In this document: positions 46,288-56,719 of the stretch, piece by piece
How the letters are laid out: the number at the start of each line of letters is the position of its first letter
How positions within the stretch are numbered: position 1 is the first letter of the stretch
Source of the DNA: Pseudomonadota bacterium
GTDB taxonomy: Bacteria > Desulfobacterota > Desulfobacteria > Desulfobacterales > RPRI01
NCBI GenBank assembly: GCA_043825875.1
Contig: JBDRRF010000096.1
Location: forward strand, 20,891 to 84,890
Reading direction: 5' to 3'
Length of the DNA: 64,000 nt
The notes under the pieces: generated by a model
Told to the model about the DNA's origin: nothing
What the model saw: the letters and a program-made list of their open reading frames with translations, nothing else
The model's database searches: none
Position numbers and translations under genes: made by a program

Positions 46288-47120
46288 TGATTCTTTCTTT
46301 TCACCCATGTTTTGTGGCGGATAAAAACATAATATGTGCCGGGCGAAAGCCCGGGTTTGATGAACTTGAACAAATAAAACTTGCCGATGCAGTAATTCTA
46401 TCCCAGGGGTGCAGCGAAATCTTATATCGCATGGCAAAAGAAAACTGCAAAAACGTATTTCCAAACTATGATGCAAAGTTTGATTATCCCGAGAAAACAG
46501 GCCAGATACATTTATTTCAGAAAACAGGCGCTGCCCATCCTGAAAGTAAAATATTTACTTCTTTATCTCATTTGTGTGATGCGAACCAAAATCTACTAAA
46601 TGAACAGATTTTATTTTCTTATCCGTTTGTTTTAAAATTGGGCTGGGGCGGAGAAGGAGAAACAGTATATCTTGTTAAAAATCAATCAGATTTTAAATAC
46701 TTTATTAAAAAGATAGAAGATCATGAAAAGTCCGGCCAGCAGGGTTTTATATTGCAAAAATTTATTGAATCGGGAAATAAATCCTTAAGAACTGTTCTAA
46801 TAGGCAAAAAAATGATTTCATACTGGCGCATCCAGAACAATCAGGATAGTTTTTGTGCCGGATTATCACAGGGGGCGACTATAGACTTTGATATGGAACC
46901 GGCGCTTGTGGAACTTGCCGAAAAAAAGACAAAAGAATTCTGCGATAAAACGGGAATAAATCTTGCCGGATTTGATTTTATTTTTGCTACAAGTGATCCG
47001 GTTAACGAGCCTCTTTTTCTCGAGATAAACTATTTTTTTGGAAGAACAGGACTTGGCGGATCTGAAAAATATTACAAGATTTTAAATAAAGAAATAAAAA
47101 ACTGGCTGAAAAAAATATAA
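46287..47120 (+). CDS. ATP-grasp (RimK-like) protein
   Basis: PFVLKLGWGGEG, LQKFI, LAGFDF and FLEINY motifs; TGATG overlap with the era stop. Confidence 0.75.
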   Translation: MILSFHPCFVADKNIICAGRKPGFDELEQIKLADAVILSQGCSEILYRMAKENCKNVFPNYDAKFDYPEKTGQIHLFQKTGAAHPESKIFTSLSHLCDANQNLLNEQILFSYPFVLKLGWGGEGETVYLVKNQSDFKYFIKKIEDHEKSGQQGFILQKFIESGNKSLRTVLIGKKMISYWRIQNNQDSFCAGLSQGATIDFDMEPALVELAEKKTKEFCDKTGINLAGFDFIFATSDPVNEPLFLEINYFFGRTGLGGSEKYYKILNKEIKNWLKKI

Positions 47121-47387
47121 ACTTTCGAGCCACTTTCAAAACGTTTCAGTTTGGTCAAGCTCAAGGCGGGAGAAAATTTCAACCACAGGAATACATTGAG
47201 TATTTCGAGGATTGAAATTTTCGCCCAACGCTGAGATCGGCCAAAATGGGACGTTTTGAAACTGGCTCTTTCAGATAATGTTTTTGGCGAGGCCACAAGG
47301 AGACCCCCTGAGTAAAACGTACATCGGGTACGTTGTCGAAGGGGGACGACTGATAACGCAGTCCGAAAACTTTATCCGGAAGTTTAT
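47117..47387. repeat. Older inverted-repeat element into whose left arm MITE copy 6 inserted
   Basis: Removing the MITE and one TTTC gives left arm ATAAACTTTCAGATAATGTTTTTGG, matching the reverse complement of the right arm (ATAAACTTCCGGATAAAGTTTTCGG) at 21 of 25 positions. Confidence 0.6.
47127..47268 (+). mobile_element. MITE copy 6 (142 bp)
   Basis: Same family; TTTC on both flanks. Confidence 0.9.
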
Positions 47388-47396
47388 GGGATTTTT

Positions 47397-47702
47397 ATGG
47401 AACCCTTTGCTTACAACCTCGAAGAAGAAGATATAAAAAGGCAGCGGCGTTTAGCGCGGGAATTAAGAAACTCCCAGTGGTGGAAACGCAAGCTTGCAAA
47501 GGGCGTATGCTATTATTGCTGCCGCAACTTCTCACCCAAAGAGCTAACTATGGATCACATAGTCCCAATTGCGCGCGGCGGTAAAAGTACTAAAGGCAAT
47601 ATTGTCACCGCCTGCAAGGAATGCAACAATGCCAAAAAACAGCTTCTTCCCATTGAATGGGATAATTATCTTCATAATTTTGACAAAACAGATCATGACT
47701 AA
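47397..47702 (+). CDS. Small HNH endonuclease
   Basis: CYYC...TMDHIVPIARGGKSTKGNIVTACKECNNAK. Confidence 0.9.
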   Translation: MEPFAYNLEEEDIKRQRRLARELRNSQWWKRKLAKGVCYYCCRNFSPKELTMDHIVPIARGGKSTKGNIVTACKECNNAKKQLLPIEWDNYLHNFDKTDHD

Positions 47703-47875
47703 TACCAAGTTGCATTCAAATTAAATTTGTATTGGCTAATTCGATTAACCTCACTGATTTATTACTTTTATTACCTTTATTAATATTTTGTTTCGTGCTA
47801 TATTCTTACGAACTCAGAAAATAAGATGTTGTTTGATAATTGTTTGGTACCTTAAAATAATATTGTGAGGTTTCG

Positions 47876-50722
47876 ATGACTGCATCTACCCTTTTTATTT
47901 CTTACATTCGCAGCAGTACAAAAATAGTAACAGTACTTGTTGCTTTCTTAGCAACAGCTCAGTTTGTTTTAGCTGCAGAAAACACTTCCTATAATGTTTC
48001 GACATCCTGGTTCAAACCCACGCTTACCGTTAATAATGATCCAAAAATCTGCAAACCATTATTGGATGCTTATCTAAATTATTTCAAAAGTTCACAGACA
48101 ACCAACCCGCTTCACGCAGATATTTATGGCACAAGACCGCAAAACGACTCAACCGCAATAATCACGAAAAATCTACGCGAACTTGAATGGCAAGATATAC
48201 AAATAGATGGGGTTGCTTTGAGAATTGCGGAAGTTAATCTGAATGGAAAGTACTATGCAATAGTTCGAAGAAATTACTCATTAGGCTGGCGCGAGGGATA
48301 TTTTAACGACATTTTAATAAACAAGCCATTTGCCGAATATCACCTAAATAAAGAAAATCACGAGGAGTACTTTGAAACCTACGATTTCAAAGTATTGGCG
48401 CCAGGAAGCAAAAAGAACATATTCGATGTGGTCTATAAATATGATCCAAGAAGCAAGAATTATGAGTCGAATATATATGGGGATATAGCAAATATCTACG
48501 TGGTAAACGGCTCTTTATATATAACGTTTGTAACAGATAAACCTCAACCTGATACATATATGATTCTGAAATTGCTGGATCAGAATAAATTTTTCTTGAT
48601 AGGCAGCTTGCAAACCACCCCTTCTGATGCTCAGATTAAAGCATTAGACGACAAGCTACCGGCATTCAAAGAATTGAAAGTTTTGTTGTCTGATATGATG
48701 GGCAAAGATAGCTGCGGCATTTCGATTCCAAAACAACGCTTATATGATGCATTAGACATTATACCTTACAGGCCTTGGATTAATAGTTTCGTGAAAGATG
48801 GTTATCATATAGATCAACCTGCCACACGACAGGCCGTTGACAAATTTCTCGAATCATGGGGATACAGCGGCATATGGAACTATTACAAATACAAAAGTTA
48901 TTTAGACTGCCTACCTAAAGCCGAGATAGAACTAAAAAACTTCTTCGCCAAAAAGTTTGATCTAAGCGAAATAAATGCTGATGAGTTGGCACAATCTTCA
49001 ATATCGTATGCTTTGATAGTTGGTTTTTGTTATGTAGACAATTACGAAATGGACTATGATTTACATAAAAGAATTCTCGAAGGCATGAGCGCTGAAGATT
49101 TAATAAAAGAATCAATCACTGAACAAGCCGAATTTACCGGCACAGACAGCCTTTTAGCTTTTGCAATATTACACCCAAAGCTGGTTAAGGTTTTACTTGA
49201 AAAGGGCCTGAATCCAAACAAAACAAATGCCTTTGGGAAGACTCCTTTGATGTATGCGGCTCAATTTAACTCTCTGGAATCGGCACAATTACTTTTAGAA
49301 TATGGCGCATATACGGAGGCTACGACCATTGATAGCGGTGATAGGTGCAATTATGCCATAGCAATCAAGAATCTGAGTGCACTGCATTATGCCGTGAGAT
49401 ATGCATCGATGGAATTTATTAAATTACTATTAGATTATGGCGCTCCAACCTATATCGAGGACTCGGAAGGATATACCCCCTATGACTACCTGGTAAAATT
49501 CGGAGGCTTTGAATTTGAAGAAGGGTACAGACAGCCCAGGAACAGTAGTTGTGGAGATTTAAATCAAAACTTAACAGATGATGATAGGAAAGCACTCAAA
49601 TTAGCTCTGTTGCCCTTGGACGATAGCAAGAAGATTGCCTTGTCTCAAGAGGAAAATCTCAAAGCCGAAAAATTATATCAGCAGGGAAAATTGCAGGATG
49701 CCTATCGTCTATTGAGAAGGGCGGTAACCCTTAATCCGGATAACGAGCGATATCTCTCAAACCTTTCTCTTGTTGCCTTGAAACTGGGGTATCTTGGTGA
49801 AAGCGCAAAAATATCAACCAGACTTATTAAGATGGCAAAATCAGATGAACAAAAGGCCAGGGCATATTTCAATTTAGGTCTTGCGTGTCAAAAAGCCGAG
49901 TACGATTTTTTTGAATACGAAGGAACCTCTTATTGTAGTCCTGATTGTCATCGACAGAGTTATATAAGAAATGACCGAAGCACATTTAGTGATTTTTTGA
50001 CAGCGTACAAATTGAAACCAACTCAGGTTAGGCTCAATGCAATCCTTTCACTTCTTCAAAATACAGATATGGATAACAAGAAAAAGGTATGCAAGTTCCC
50101 TAAAGATGGCTCGGGTGTCAAGTCTTTGTATTTTGGCTGTAAGGATCTGTATTTCCTGATTGACTCATCCAAAGAGGTGCCGTTTAAGAAAGCCATTCTC
50201 AGAAAGGTCCCAAAGGATAAAGAACTGATGATTGCCAGCAAAGAAAATATTCCGCTTACCGATAACTTAAAATTAGAGCACTGGATCTTGGGTGATAATA
50301 GTTTTCTGTGGAGCGAAGCGCTTGTGCTGGATAATAAAATTTGCAGTCAATTATTTCCGATTGCTTTCGAGCCAGACACAAAACTTATATCGGTTTATTT
50401 ATCACGTTCTGGTCACCCCCATTCTTCACCGAGAAATATTACTTTAAAACAAGAGGTTGCTTCACCTGTGTTATTAATTCTTTGCGGAAATCAACTCACT
50501 TGGATTCTGGAAGGAGATTTATCAAAAACCCTTGGAATCCATGTGATTGGTGATTCAACTGTTCAATTGCCCCCCGGAATTGTTATTCCGATAGCCACTG
50601 AAAAAAGATTCGGATTTCCGGACCCTAAAAGCGACTTTTTTAATCAATACATCCGATCAAGGATTGGCTTGTCTATTGATTCAATGATTGAGGTAGGTGA
50701 ACAGAAGAACTGCGTGTATTGA
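47876..50722 (+). CDS. Large secreted protein with central ankyrin repeats and TPR
   Basis: Signal peptide ending VLA-A; ankyrin GKTPLMYAA and SALHYAV; TPR-like AVTLNPDN and RAYFNLGLAC. Confidence 0.8.
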   Translation: MTASTLFISYIRSSTKIVTVLVAFLATAQFVLAAENTSYNVSTSWFKPTLTVNNDPKICKPLLDAYLNYFKSSQTTNPLHADIYGTRPQNDSTAIITKNLRELEWQDIQIDGVALRIAEVNLNGKYYAIVRRNYSLGWREGYFNDILINKPFAEYHLNKENHEEYFETYDFKVLAPGSKKNIFDVVYKYDPRSKNYESNIYGDIANIYVVNGSLYITFVTDKPQPDTYMILKLLDQNKFFLIGSLQTTPSDAQIKALDDKLPAFKELKVLLSDMMGKDSCGISIPKQRLYDALDIIPYRPWINSFVKDGYHIDQPATRQAVDKFLESWGYSGIWNYYKYKSYLDCLPKAEIELKNFFAKKFDLSEINADELAQSSISYALIVGFCYVDNYEMDYDLHKRILEGMSAEDLIKESITEQAEFTGTDSLLAFAILHPKLVKVLLEKGLNPNKTNAFGKTPLMYAAQFNSLESAQLLLEYGAYTEATTIDSGDRCNYAIAIKNLSALHYAVRYASMEFIKLLLDYGAPTYIEDSEGYTPYDYLVKFGGFEFEEGYRQPRNSSCGDLNQNLTDDDRKALKLALLPLDDSKKIALSQEENLKAEKLYQQGKLQDAYRLLRRAVTLNPDNERYLSNLSLVALKLGYLGESAKISTRLIKMAKSDEQKARAYFNLGLACQKAEYDFFEYEGTSYCSPDCHRQSYIRNDRSTFSDFLTAYKLKPTQVRLNAILSLLQNTDMDNKKKVCKFPKDGSGVKSLYFGCKDLYFLIDSSKEVPFKKAILRKVPKDKELMIASKENIPLTDNLKLEHWILGDNSFLWSEALVLDNKICSQLFPIAFEPDTKLISVYLSRSGHPHSSPRNITLKQEVASPVLLILCGNQLTWILEGDLSKTLGIHVIGDSTVQLPPGIVIPIATEKRFGFPDPKSDFFNQYIRSRIGLSIDSMIEVGEQKNCVY

Positions 50723-50734
50723 ATAAGATACAAC

Positions 50735-51010
50735 TTAAACGCCCCTCGTCTTCTTCGCCAGTTTCGCGATGAATTCCCGCCCCTTTGGGGTGAGCTTATA
50801 TTTCTGTTTGCTGCTTGTGGGTTTATCGGAAATGGTCATTTCGATTACGCCGGCAGATATTGCTGGAACAAGACAAGCCTCCCTGAAGTAGTCTTCATGC
50901 CGCAGGGCCAGAGCTTTCTGAATGTCCGTGCGTTTCATCTCTCCAATCAGCACCGTCAGGAGTCTCTGTACTTCCCCGGCAACTTCCCCGGTAACTTCCC
51001 CGGTAATCCC
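50735..51010 (-). pseudogene. Remnant of a Fic-like/transcription-regulator C-terminal winged-helix domain
   Basis: Three 12-bp repeats at 50970-51005 encode TGEV/AGEV, followed by ...FREACLVPAISAGVIEMTISDKPTSSKQKYKLT. No proper 5' part. Confidence 0.55.
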
Positions 51011-51043
51011 GCCGTCAGCAAGATTAATTTTGAGAGCACAAAA

Positions 51044-52054
51044 TCAGCAAATCCTGGGCAATTGTTCCCCTGTCAGCATATCTACAATACGTTTTCCTCC
51101 GATGCTTGTATTCATTATCACTTTCCCCGGATTTTCAGCTTTTACTTTTCCTATTATAGCAGCATTACTTCCATAAGTTGTTTCTTTCATGGCAGCTAAA
51201 ACAGCTTCGGCAGCAGACTCGGGAACGAAAGCTACAAGCTTTCCTTCATTAGCCATGTATAGTGGATCAAGCCCCAATATTTCAGATGCTGCCAGTACGC
51301 TTTCATTAATAGGAATTGTTTCTTCAAATATTTCTATTCCAACCTGCGATTGAGATGCGATTTCATTTAAAGTTGTGCCCAGACCTCCTCTGGTAGGGTC
51401 TCTTAGAACATGTATTTCGGAACCTGTATCTATCATTATCTGAACCAGGTGATTTAACGGAGAAGCGTCGCTTTTCATAGGCGAATCCGGAAACAAATTT
51501 TCTCGGCTGTTAAGAATGGTCATGCCATGGTCACCAATGCTACCGTTTATTAATACGGCATCTCCAGGTCTTGCATTCTGTCCGGAAATATTGATTTTCG
51601 CAGGAACAAGGCCTATTCCGGAAGTATTGATAAATATTTTATCGGTTGCTCCTTTGGGAACAACCTTGGTGTCTCCGGTAACTATCTTTATGTCAGCCTC
51701 AAGAGCAGTTTTTTCAATAGAGGAAAGAATACGCTCAAGATCGTTTATTAAAAAGCCTTCTTCGATAATAAATCCTATGCTTAAATAACAGGGACGGGCT
51801 CCTCTCATTGCAAGATCATTTACAGTGCCGCATATAGCAAGCGTTCCAATATCACCGCCGGGGAAAAATATGGGATCTACCACATAGCTATCTGTTGTAA
51901 AGGCAAGCTTTGCTCCCCCCAGTTCAAATACTGCGCTGTCGTTTAATTCATTTAAATAAGAATTGCCAAGCCTGGGTAAGAAATACTTCTCAACTAATTC
52001 GTGAGAAGATCGTCCGCCACTGCCATGATCAAGAATAATTTTATCTGTAGCCAT
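51044..52054 (-). CDS. hypE: Hydrogenase maturation protein HypE
   Basis: HGSGG, FTTDSYVVDPIFFPGGDIG, RDPTRGG and C-terminal LPRIC. Confidence 0.97.
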   Translation of the reverse strand: MATDKIILDHGSGGRSSHELVEKYFLPRLGNSYLNELNDSAVFELGGAKLAFTTDSYVVDPIFFPGGDIGTLAICGTVNDLAMRGARPCYLSIGFIIEEGFLINDLERILSSIEKTALEADIKIVTGDTKVVPKGATDKIFINTSGIGLVPAKINISGQNARPGDAVLINGSIGDHGMTILNSRENLFPDSPMKSDASPLNHLVQIMIDTGSEIHVLRDPTRGGLGTTLNEIASQSQVGIEIFEETIPINESVLAASEILGLDPLYMANEGKLVAFVPESAAEAVLAAMKETTYGSNAAIIGKVKAENPGKVIMNTSIGGKRIVDMLTGEQLPRIC

Positions 52055-52095
52055 GATAAATCCTTTGATACAAATATAAGGTATTTAGAATAATT

Positions 52096-53178
52096 TTAAT
52101 TATGGTATTTATAGTAGGCTGCGCATGTGCCTTCTGTCGATACCATGCAAGGTCCGACAGGGTTTTGCGGAGTACATGCCTTGCGATAAAGCTTGCATTC
52201 CTTGGGGCTCTTAACCCCGCAAAGAACTTCACCGCATATGCAATCTGGATGATCTTTGGCCGGTGGAACTTTAAGATCAAAATAATCTTCGGCTGCAAAG
52301 GATCTGTATTCACCCCGCAAAGTTAATCCGCTGCCTGGGATAAGTCCCAAACCACGCCAGTAAGAATCGCAAGTATTAAAAACCTGATTAAGAACATCCA
52401 TTGCCCTTGGATTACCTGTAGCAGAGGCTCCGCGTTTGTATTGAATTTCAATTTCTGTTTTACCCTGTTCTATCTGCTTTATCAGCAATAGTATGGTTTC
52501 CAGAATATCCACAGGCTCAAATCCGCAGACAACTCCGGGTATGTTATATTCTTCGGCAATCTGTTCGTATGCAAAAGTTCCGATTATTGTTGTAACATGT
52601 CCGGGGTAAATAAATCCATTTATATTCAGGTGATCAAAGTTCAGCAAAGCCGTCAAGGCAGGAGGAAGTAATTTATGAGCAGATAATATAAAAAAATTAT
52701 CCAACTTCATTCGTTTTGCTTCTAAAACCGTAGCAGCTATTGCAGGAGCAGTTGTCTCAAAACCTATTCCAAGAAAAATAACTTTTTTTTCAGGGTTTTC
52801 AATGGCTGTTTTTAAGGCATCAAAACTTGAATAGACTATACGCACATCCGCGCCCATAGCCCTTTCTTTTTGCAGGGAAGATAAAGACCCCGGAACCCGT
52901 ACCATATCACCAAATGTTGTAATTACTACATCTGGATAACTACTAAGCTTAATGGCCTGGTCTATTTCTTCTTTTGCGGTAACACAAACCGGACACCCAG
53001 GGCCTGAAATCAGTTGAATGTTTTGAGGCAGCATTTGGCGTATCCCATGACGAAAAATGGAAACAGTATGTGACCCGCATACTTCCATCAGGCGGACAGG
53101 TGTTTTAGATTGGGTCCAAATGGCATCAATCAATTTCTTAGCTTTATCTTTATCCCGATATTCACTCAAGTGCTTCAT
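52096..53178 (-). CDS. hypD: Hydrogenase maturation protein HypD
   Basis: MEVCGSH, GPGCPVC, GFETTAP and GPCMVSTEGTCAAYY motifs. Confidence 0.97.
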   Translation of the reverse strand: MKHLSEYRDKDKAKKLIDAIWTQSKTPVRLMEVCGSHTVSIFRHGIRQMLPQNIQLISGPGCPVCVTAKEEIDQAIKLSSYPDVVITTFGDMVRVPGSLSSLQKERAMGADVRIVYSSFDALKTAIENPEKKVIFLGIGFETTAPAIAATVLEAKRMKLDNFFILSAHKLLPPALTALLNFDHLNINGFIYPGHVTTIIGTFAYEQIAEEYNIPGVVCGFEPVDILETILLLIKQIEQGKTEIEIQYKRGASATGNPRAMDVLNQVFNTCDSYWRGLGLIPGSGLTLRGEYRSFAAEDYFDLKVPPAKDHPDCICGEVLCGVKSPKECKLYRKACTPQNPVGPCMVSTEGTCAAYYKYHN

Positions 53179-53399
53179 GGGTTAATAGCCAATATTTCTT
53201 CCCAGTATTTTAAAGTTTTTTGGGCTTCCTCTTCATCAATTCGATGCAGGGCAAAGCCTGCGTGAATAATCACATAATCTCCGACTTGTGGTTGCTGATC
53301 AATAATGTCCAAACGGACTTCTTTTTTTGTGCCTTCATATTCAACCAGAGCAACATTACCTGTTATTTTTTTAATCTCCATGGGAACTGCTAAGCACAT
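53175..53399 (-). CDS. hypC: Hydrogenase chaperone HypC
   Basis: MCLAVP...GDYVIIHAGFA. Confidence 0.97.
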   Translation of the reverse strand: MCLAVPMEIKKITGNVALVEYEGTKKEVRLDIIDQQPQVGDYVIIHAGFALHRIDEEEAQKTLKYWEEILAINP

Positions 53400-55684
53400 T
53401 TATTATCTCCTGATTGCAGATTAATATAATGAGCGGCTACTGCCTGACCAAGAGAAAGACCGCCGTCATTTGTGGGTATCAGGGCATTACTGTAAACCTT
53501 AAAACCTCTTTGTTTCAATTGCTCTTCAAGTCCGGTCAGAATAGTTCTGTTCTGGAAAACTCCACCTGACAAAACTACTTTTTCAAGAGCCGATTCAGCC
53601 CTTACTTTACAGCAGATCCGTGTAAATATCTCAATTAAAGTAAGGTGGAACCGGCGGCTTATCTGTGCTCCGGTTTTCCCCTTTTTTATATCTTCCACAA
53701 TGCCCTTAATAATTGGCTGGTGTCTAATCAAATAAATGCCATTATTATTGATTGTTTCGATTGGATAGCAAGATGATTTTTCACAGCCTTGTATCATTTC
53801 CAGATCCATGGCTGCTTGCCCTTCAAAATCAATAACATCTCTTAAACCAATTAATGCAGCCACGCCATCAAAAAGCCGACCGCAACTTGAGGTGAGTGGA
53901 GAATTAACTTTTTGCCGGATCATCTTTAGCAAAATATCTATTTTATTAGGTTCGAGTTTCTTAATAAACTGCAGAGGCAGTTCTAATAAATTTTCTCCAT
54001 AAGCCTGATATAAATAGCTCACAGCCATACGCCATGGTTCTTTTATAGCCAGGTTTCCACCAGGCAGTGGCAGATACTCAAAATGGCTTTTGCGTTCAAA
54101 AGATGATAAATTTCCCACCAAAACTTCTCCGCCCCAAATTCTTCCATCTAAACCATATCCGCTGCCATCCAAGATAATGCCTATCACTTTTTCATTAAGT
54201 CCGTGTTCCGCCATACAACCAACCATATGGGCAAAATGATGCTGTACTCCTATCAAACGAAGTTGCTTCTGTTTAAGAGCATAGCGGGTGCCTGGATAAT
54301 CCGGATGGAGATCATAGGCAATGATCTGCGGATTTACCTGCAGGATCTCCTTCAAATGAGTTATTGCAGATTCAAAAGAATTTATGGCTTCCGGGTTTTC
54401 AAGATTTCCTATATGCTGGCTTAAAAATGCCCGATTATCTTTAATCAGACAGATAGTATTTTTGAGCAGTCCTCCACAGGCAAGAATAGGAGACAAAGAT
54501 TCTTTTAAAAAAATCGGCACCGGCACAAAGCCCCGTGATCGCCTAATTTGTCTTATACTGCCGGAAACATGAGTTACTATGGAATCATCGCTTCGCACAC
54601 TGATATCCCTGTTATGAACAAGAAAATAATCGGCTACCCTACAAAGTTTATCAAAGGATTCTTTATTATCAATACAGATTGGTTCGTTAGAAAGATTTCC
54701 ACTTGTCATGACCAGAGCCTCAAATCCAAAATCAAACAGAAGATGATGCAGCGGAGTATACGGCAGCATTGCCCCAAAATAACGATTCCCCGGAGCTACT
54801 GACAAAGCAATATTGTTTGGGATTATTTTCTCAAGTAAAACTATCGGGTGCTCTTTGGACAGTAAAGCTTCTTTTTCCGCATCGCTTACCCGTGCATTTT
54901 GCGCCAAAGCCGAAAGATCGCGAAACATCAGGGCAAAAGGTTTTTCCTGTCTATGTTTTACAAACCTTAAGCGTTTCACAGCCTTTTCGGAAAATGCATC
55001 TACTGCCAGATGAAACCCTCCAATGCCTTTTATGGCTACTATCATACCTTTTTTAAGAAGCCGGGCTGCTTCTGTAACAGGAGAAATGTCTTTTATCAAA
55101 TTTTCCTGATTGTCATAAAGAAAAACCTGCGGGCCGCATACAGCGCAGGCATTAGGTTGAGCATGGAACCGGCGGCTTAAAGGATTATGGTATTCTTCAT
55201 AACAATTTGGGCACATTTTAAAGGGAGCCATGGAAGTATTGTGCCGGTCATATGGAATATCATTAATAATTGTATAGCGTGGGCCACAATTGGTGCAGTT
55301 GATAAAGGGATAAGCGAAACGTCGATCTAACGGATCTCTTAGTTCTTTCAAACAATCCTGACAGGTTGCTATATCGGAAGATATCAATGCAGATTTTTCG
55401 CCGGATGCAATACTTTTACTGATAGAGAAATCTTTATCAAAGGATAGTGGAATTGAATCAATTTGAATATCGGTAATTCGGCTGGTAGGCGGCGGGATAT
55501 CTCTTACAATCTGTATGAAATTTCTAAGATCTGTTTTTTCACCCTCAATCTCTATTTCCACGCCCAAAGAAGAATTATTCACATAACCGGTAATATCTTT
55601 TTCTCTTGCCTGCAAATATACAAAGGGCCGGAATCCAACTCCCTGGACAATACCCTGGATTGTAATGTGGTATCTGGCTCTCAT
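53390..55684 (-). CDS. hypF: Carbamoyltransferase HypF
   Basis: GIVQGVGFRPFVY, zinc fingers NCTNCGPR, RRSRG, QHHFAH and PTNDGGLSLGQ. Confidence 0.97.
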   Translation of the reverse strand: MRARYHITIQGIVQGVGFRPFVYLQAREKDITGYVNNSSLGVEIEIEGEKTDLRNFIQIVRDIPPPTSRITDIQIDSIPLSFDKDFSISKSIASGEKSALISSDIATCQDCLKELRDPLDRRFAYPFINCTNCGPRYTIINDIPYDRHNTSMAPFKMCPNCYEEYHNPLSRRFHAQPNACAVCGPQVFLYDNQENLIKDISPVTEAARLLKKGMIVAIKGIGGFHLAVDAFSEKAVKRLRFVKHRQEKPFALMFRDLSALAQNARVSDAEKEALLSKEHPIVLLEKIIPNNIALSVAPGNRYFGAMLPYTPLHHLLFDFGFEALVMTSGNLSNEPICIDNKESFDKLCRVADYFLVHNRDISVRSDDSIVTHVSGSIRQIRRSRGFVPVPIFLKESLSPILACGGLLKNTICLIKDNRAFLSQHIGNLENPEAINSFESAITHLKEILQVNPQIIAYDLHPDYPGTRYALKQKQLRLIGVQHHFAHMVGCMAEHGLNEKVIGIILDGSGYGLDGRIWGGEVLVGNLSSFERKSHFEYLPLPGGNLAIKEPWRMAVSYLYQAYGENLLELPLQFIKKLEPNKIDILLKMIRQKVNSPLTSSCGRLFDGVAALIGLRDVIDFEGQAAMDLEMIQGCEKSSCYPIETINNNGIYLIRHQPIIKGIVEDIKKGKTGAQISRRFHLTLIEIFTRICCKVRAESALEKVVLSGGVFQNRTILTGLEEQLKQRGFKVYSNALIPTNDGGLSLGQAVAAHYINLQSGDNKCA

Positions 55685-56343
55685 TGGCTTTTATATTTCG
55701 GTACCCGTTGAAGTATCCAGTTAAACCAGGAGTCAAGCCCGGATAGGTTACGGCAGGAAACTTCAAAAATTTCAAGATCGGGATTAATACCGGATGAATA
55801 ATGACGAATTTTTTCTACGCTGGCATCTACATAGGGAAGAAGATCGACTTTGTTTATCAGAAGCACACTGGATTTAGAAAACATTAAAGGATATTTAAGA
55901 GGTTTATCATCTCCTTCCGTAACACTTAAAATCATGATTTTATAATCCTCACCTACCTCAAATTCAGCCGGGCATACCAGATTGCCGACATTTTCGACGA
56001 TCAGAAGATCCAGAGATGAAAGATCAAGCTCTTTAAGCGCATGGGAGATCATTCTGCTATCTAAATGGCAGGCTCCGTCCGTATTTATCTGTACGGCGGC
56101 AACCCCTTTTTTCGCAATCCTTTCAGCATCATTGGTTGTTTGGATATCTCCTTCTATAACCCCTATACGGATTTTATCTTTTAAAGCATCAATGGTACAT
56201 TCCAGAAGAGTAGTTTTGCCGGCGCCAGGAGAGCTCATCAAATTTAGAACCAGCAGATTGTTTTGTTTGAACAACCTTTTATTTTCTTCAGCAAGCTCTT
56301 CATTGGCTTCTAAAATATTTCTTATAACAGGAATTTTCATCAT
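55681..56343 (-). CDS. hypB: Hydrogenase nickel-incorporation GTPase HypB
   Basis: SSPGAGKTTLLE, ACHLD, ENVGNLVCPA and DKPLKYP motifs. Confidence 0.97.
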   Translation of the reverse strand: MMKIPVIRNILEANEELAEENKRLFKQNNLLVLNLMSSPGAGKTTLLECTIDALKDKIRIGVIEGDIQTTNDAERIAKKGVAAVQINTDGACHLDSRMISHALKELDLSSLDLLIVENVGNLVCPAEFEVGEDYKIMILSVTEGDDKPLKYPLMFSKSSVLLINKVDLLPYVDASVEKIRHYSSGINPDLEIFEVSCRNLSGLDSWFNWILQRVPKYKSQ

Positions 56344-56371
56344 TTAGTTCCTTATACGAAGGTATCAATTG

Positions 56372-56713
56372 TTAATCAATTTCTATTTCTTTAATAAAAA
56401 ACTCTCTGCCGGAGATTGTTTCAACGGCGTTTGAACCGCATGATGTACATATAAAACTGTATTCATCGATTGCGAATTCCTTTTCGCAGTTATTACATTT
56501 ACAGATTAATGGAACCGGTTCTATTTCAAGCCTGACCCCTTCGAAGGGTGTGTCCTTGGTTATAACTTCAAAGCAAAAGGTCAGGCTATGAAGGGCTATA
56601 GCAGTGAATTCACCAACTGCCAGACAAATAGAAATTAATCTTTTTACCCCGTAGCGCTCCATTTCCTGTTTAACTATATCCAATATATTTAAAGCAATCC
56701 CCATTTCGTGCAT
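56372..56713 (-). CDS. hypA: Hydrogenase nickel metallochaperone HypA
   Basis: MHEMGIA, CNNC...CTSC and GRE motifs. Confidence 0.96.
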   Translation of the reverse strand: MHEMGIALNILDIVKQEMERYGVKRLISICLAVGEFTAIALHSLTFCFEVITKDTPFEGVRLEIEPVPLICKCNNCEKEFAIDEYSFICTSCGSNAVETISGREFFIKEIEID

Positions 56714-56719
56714 CTACTA

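Noticed and set aside
50735..51046. Read-through fusion of hypE into the in-frame downstream ORF
   Set aside because: HypE needs its free C-terminal Cys (PRIC); the in-frame position has a 1-in-3 chance, and the downstream piece looks like a remnant.
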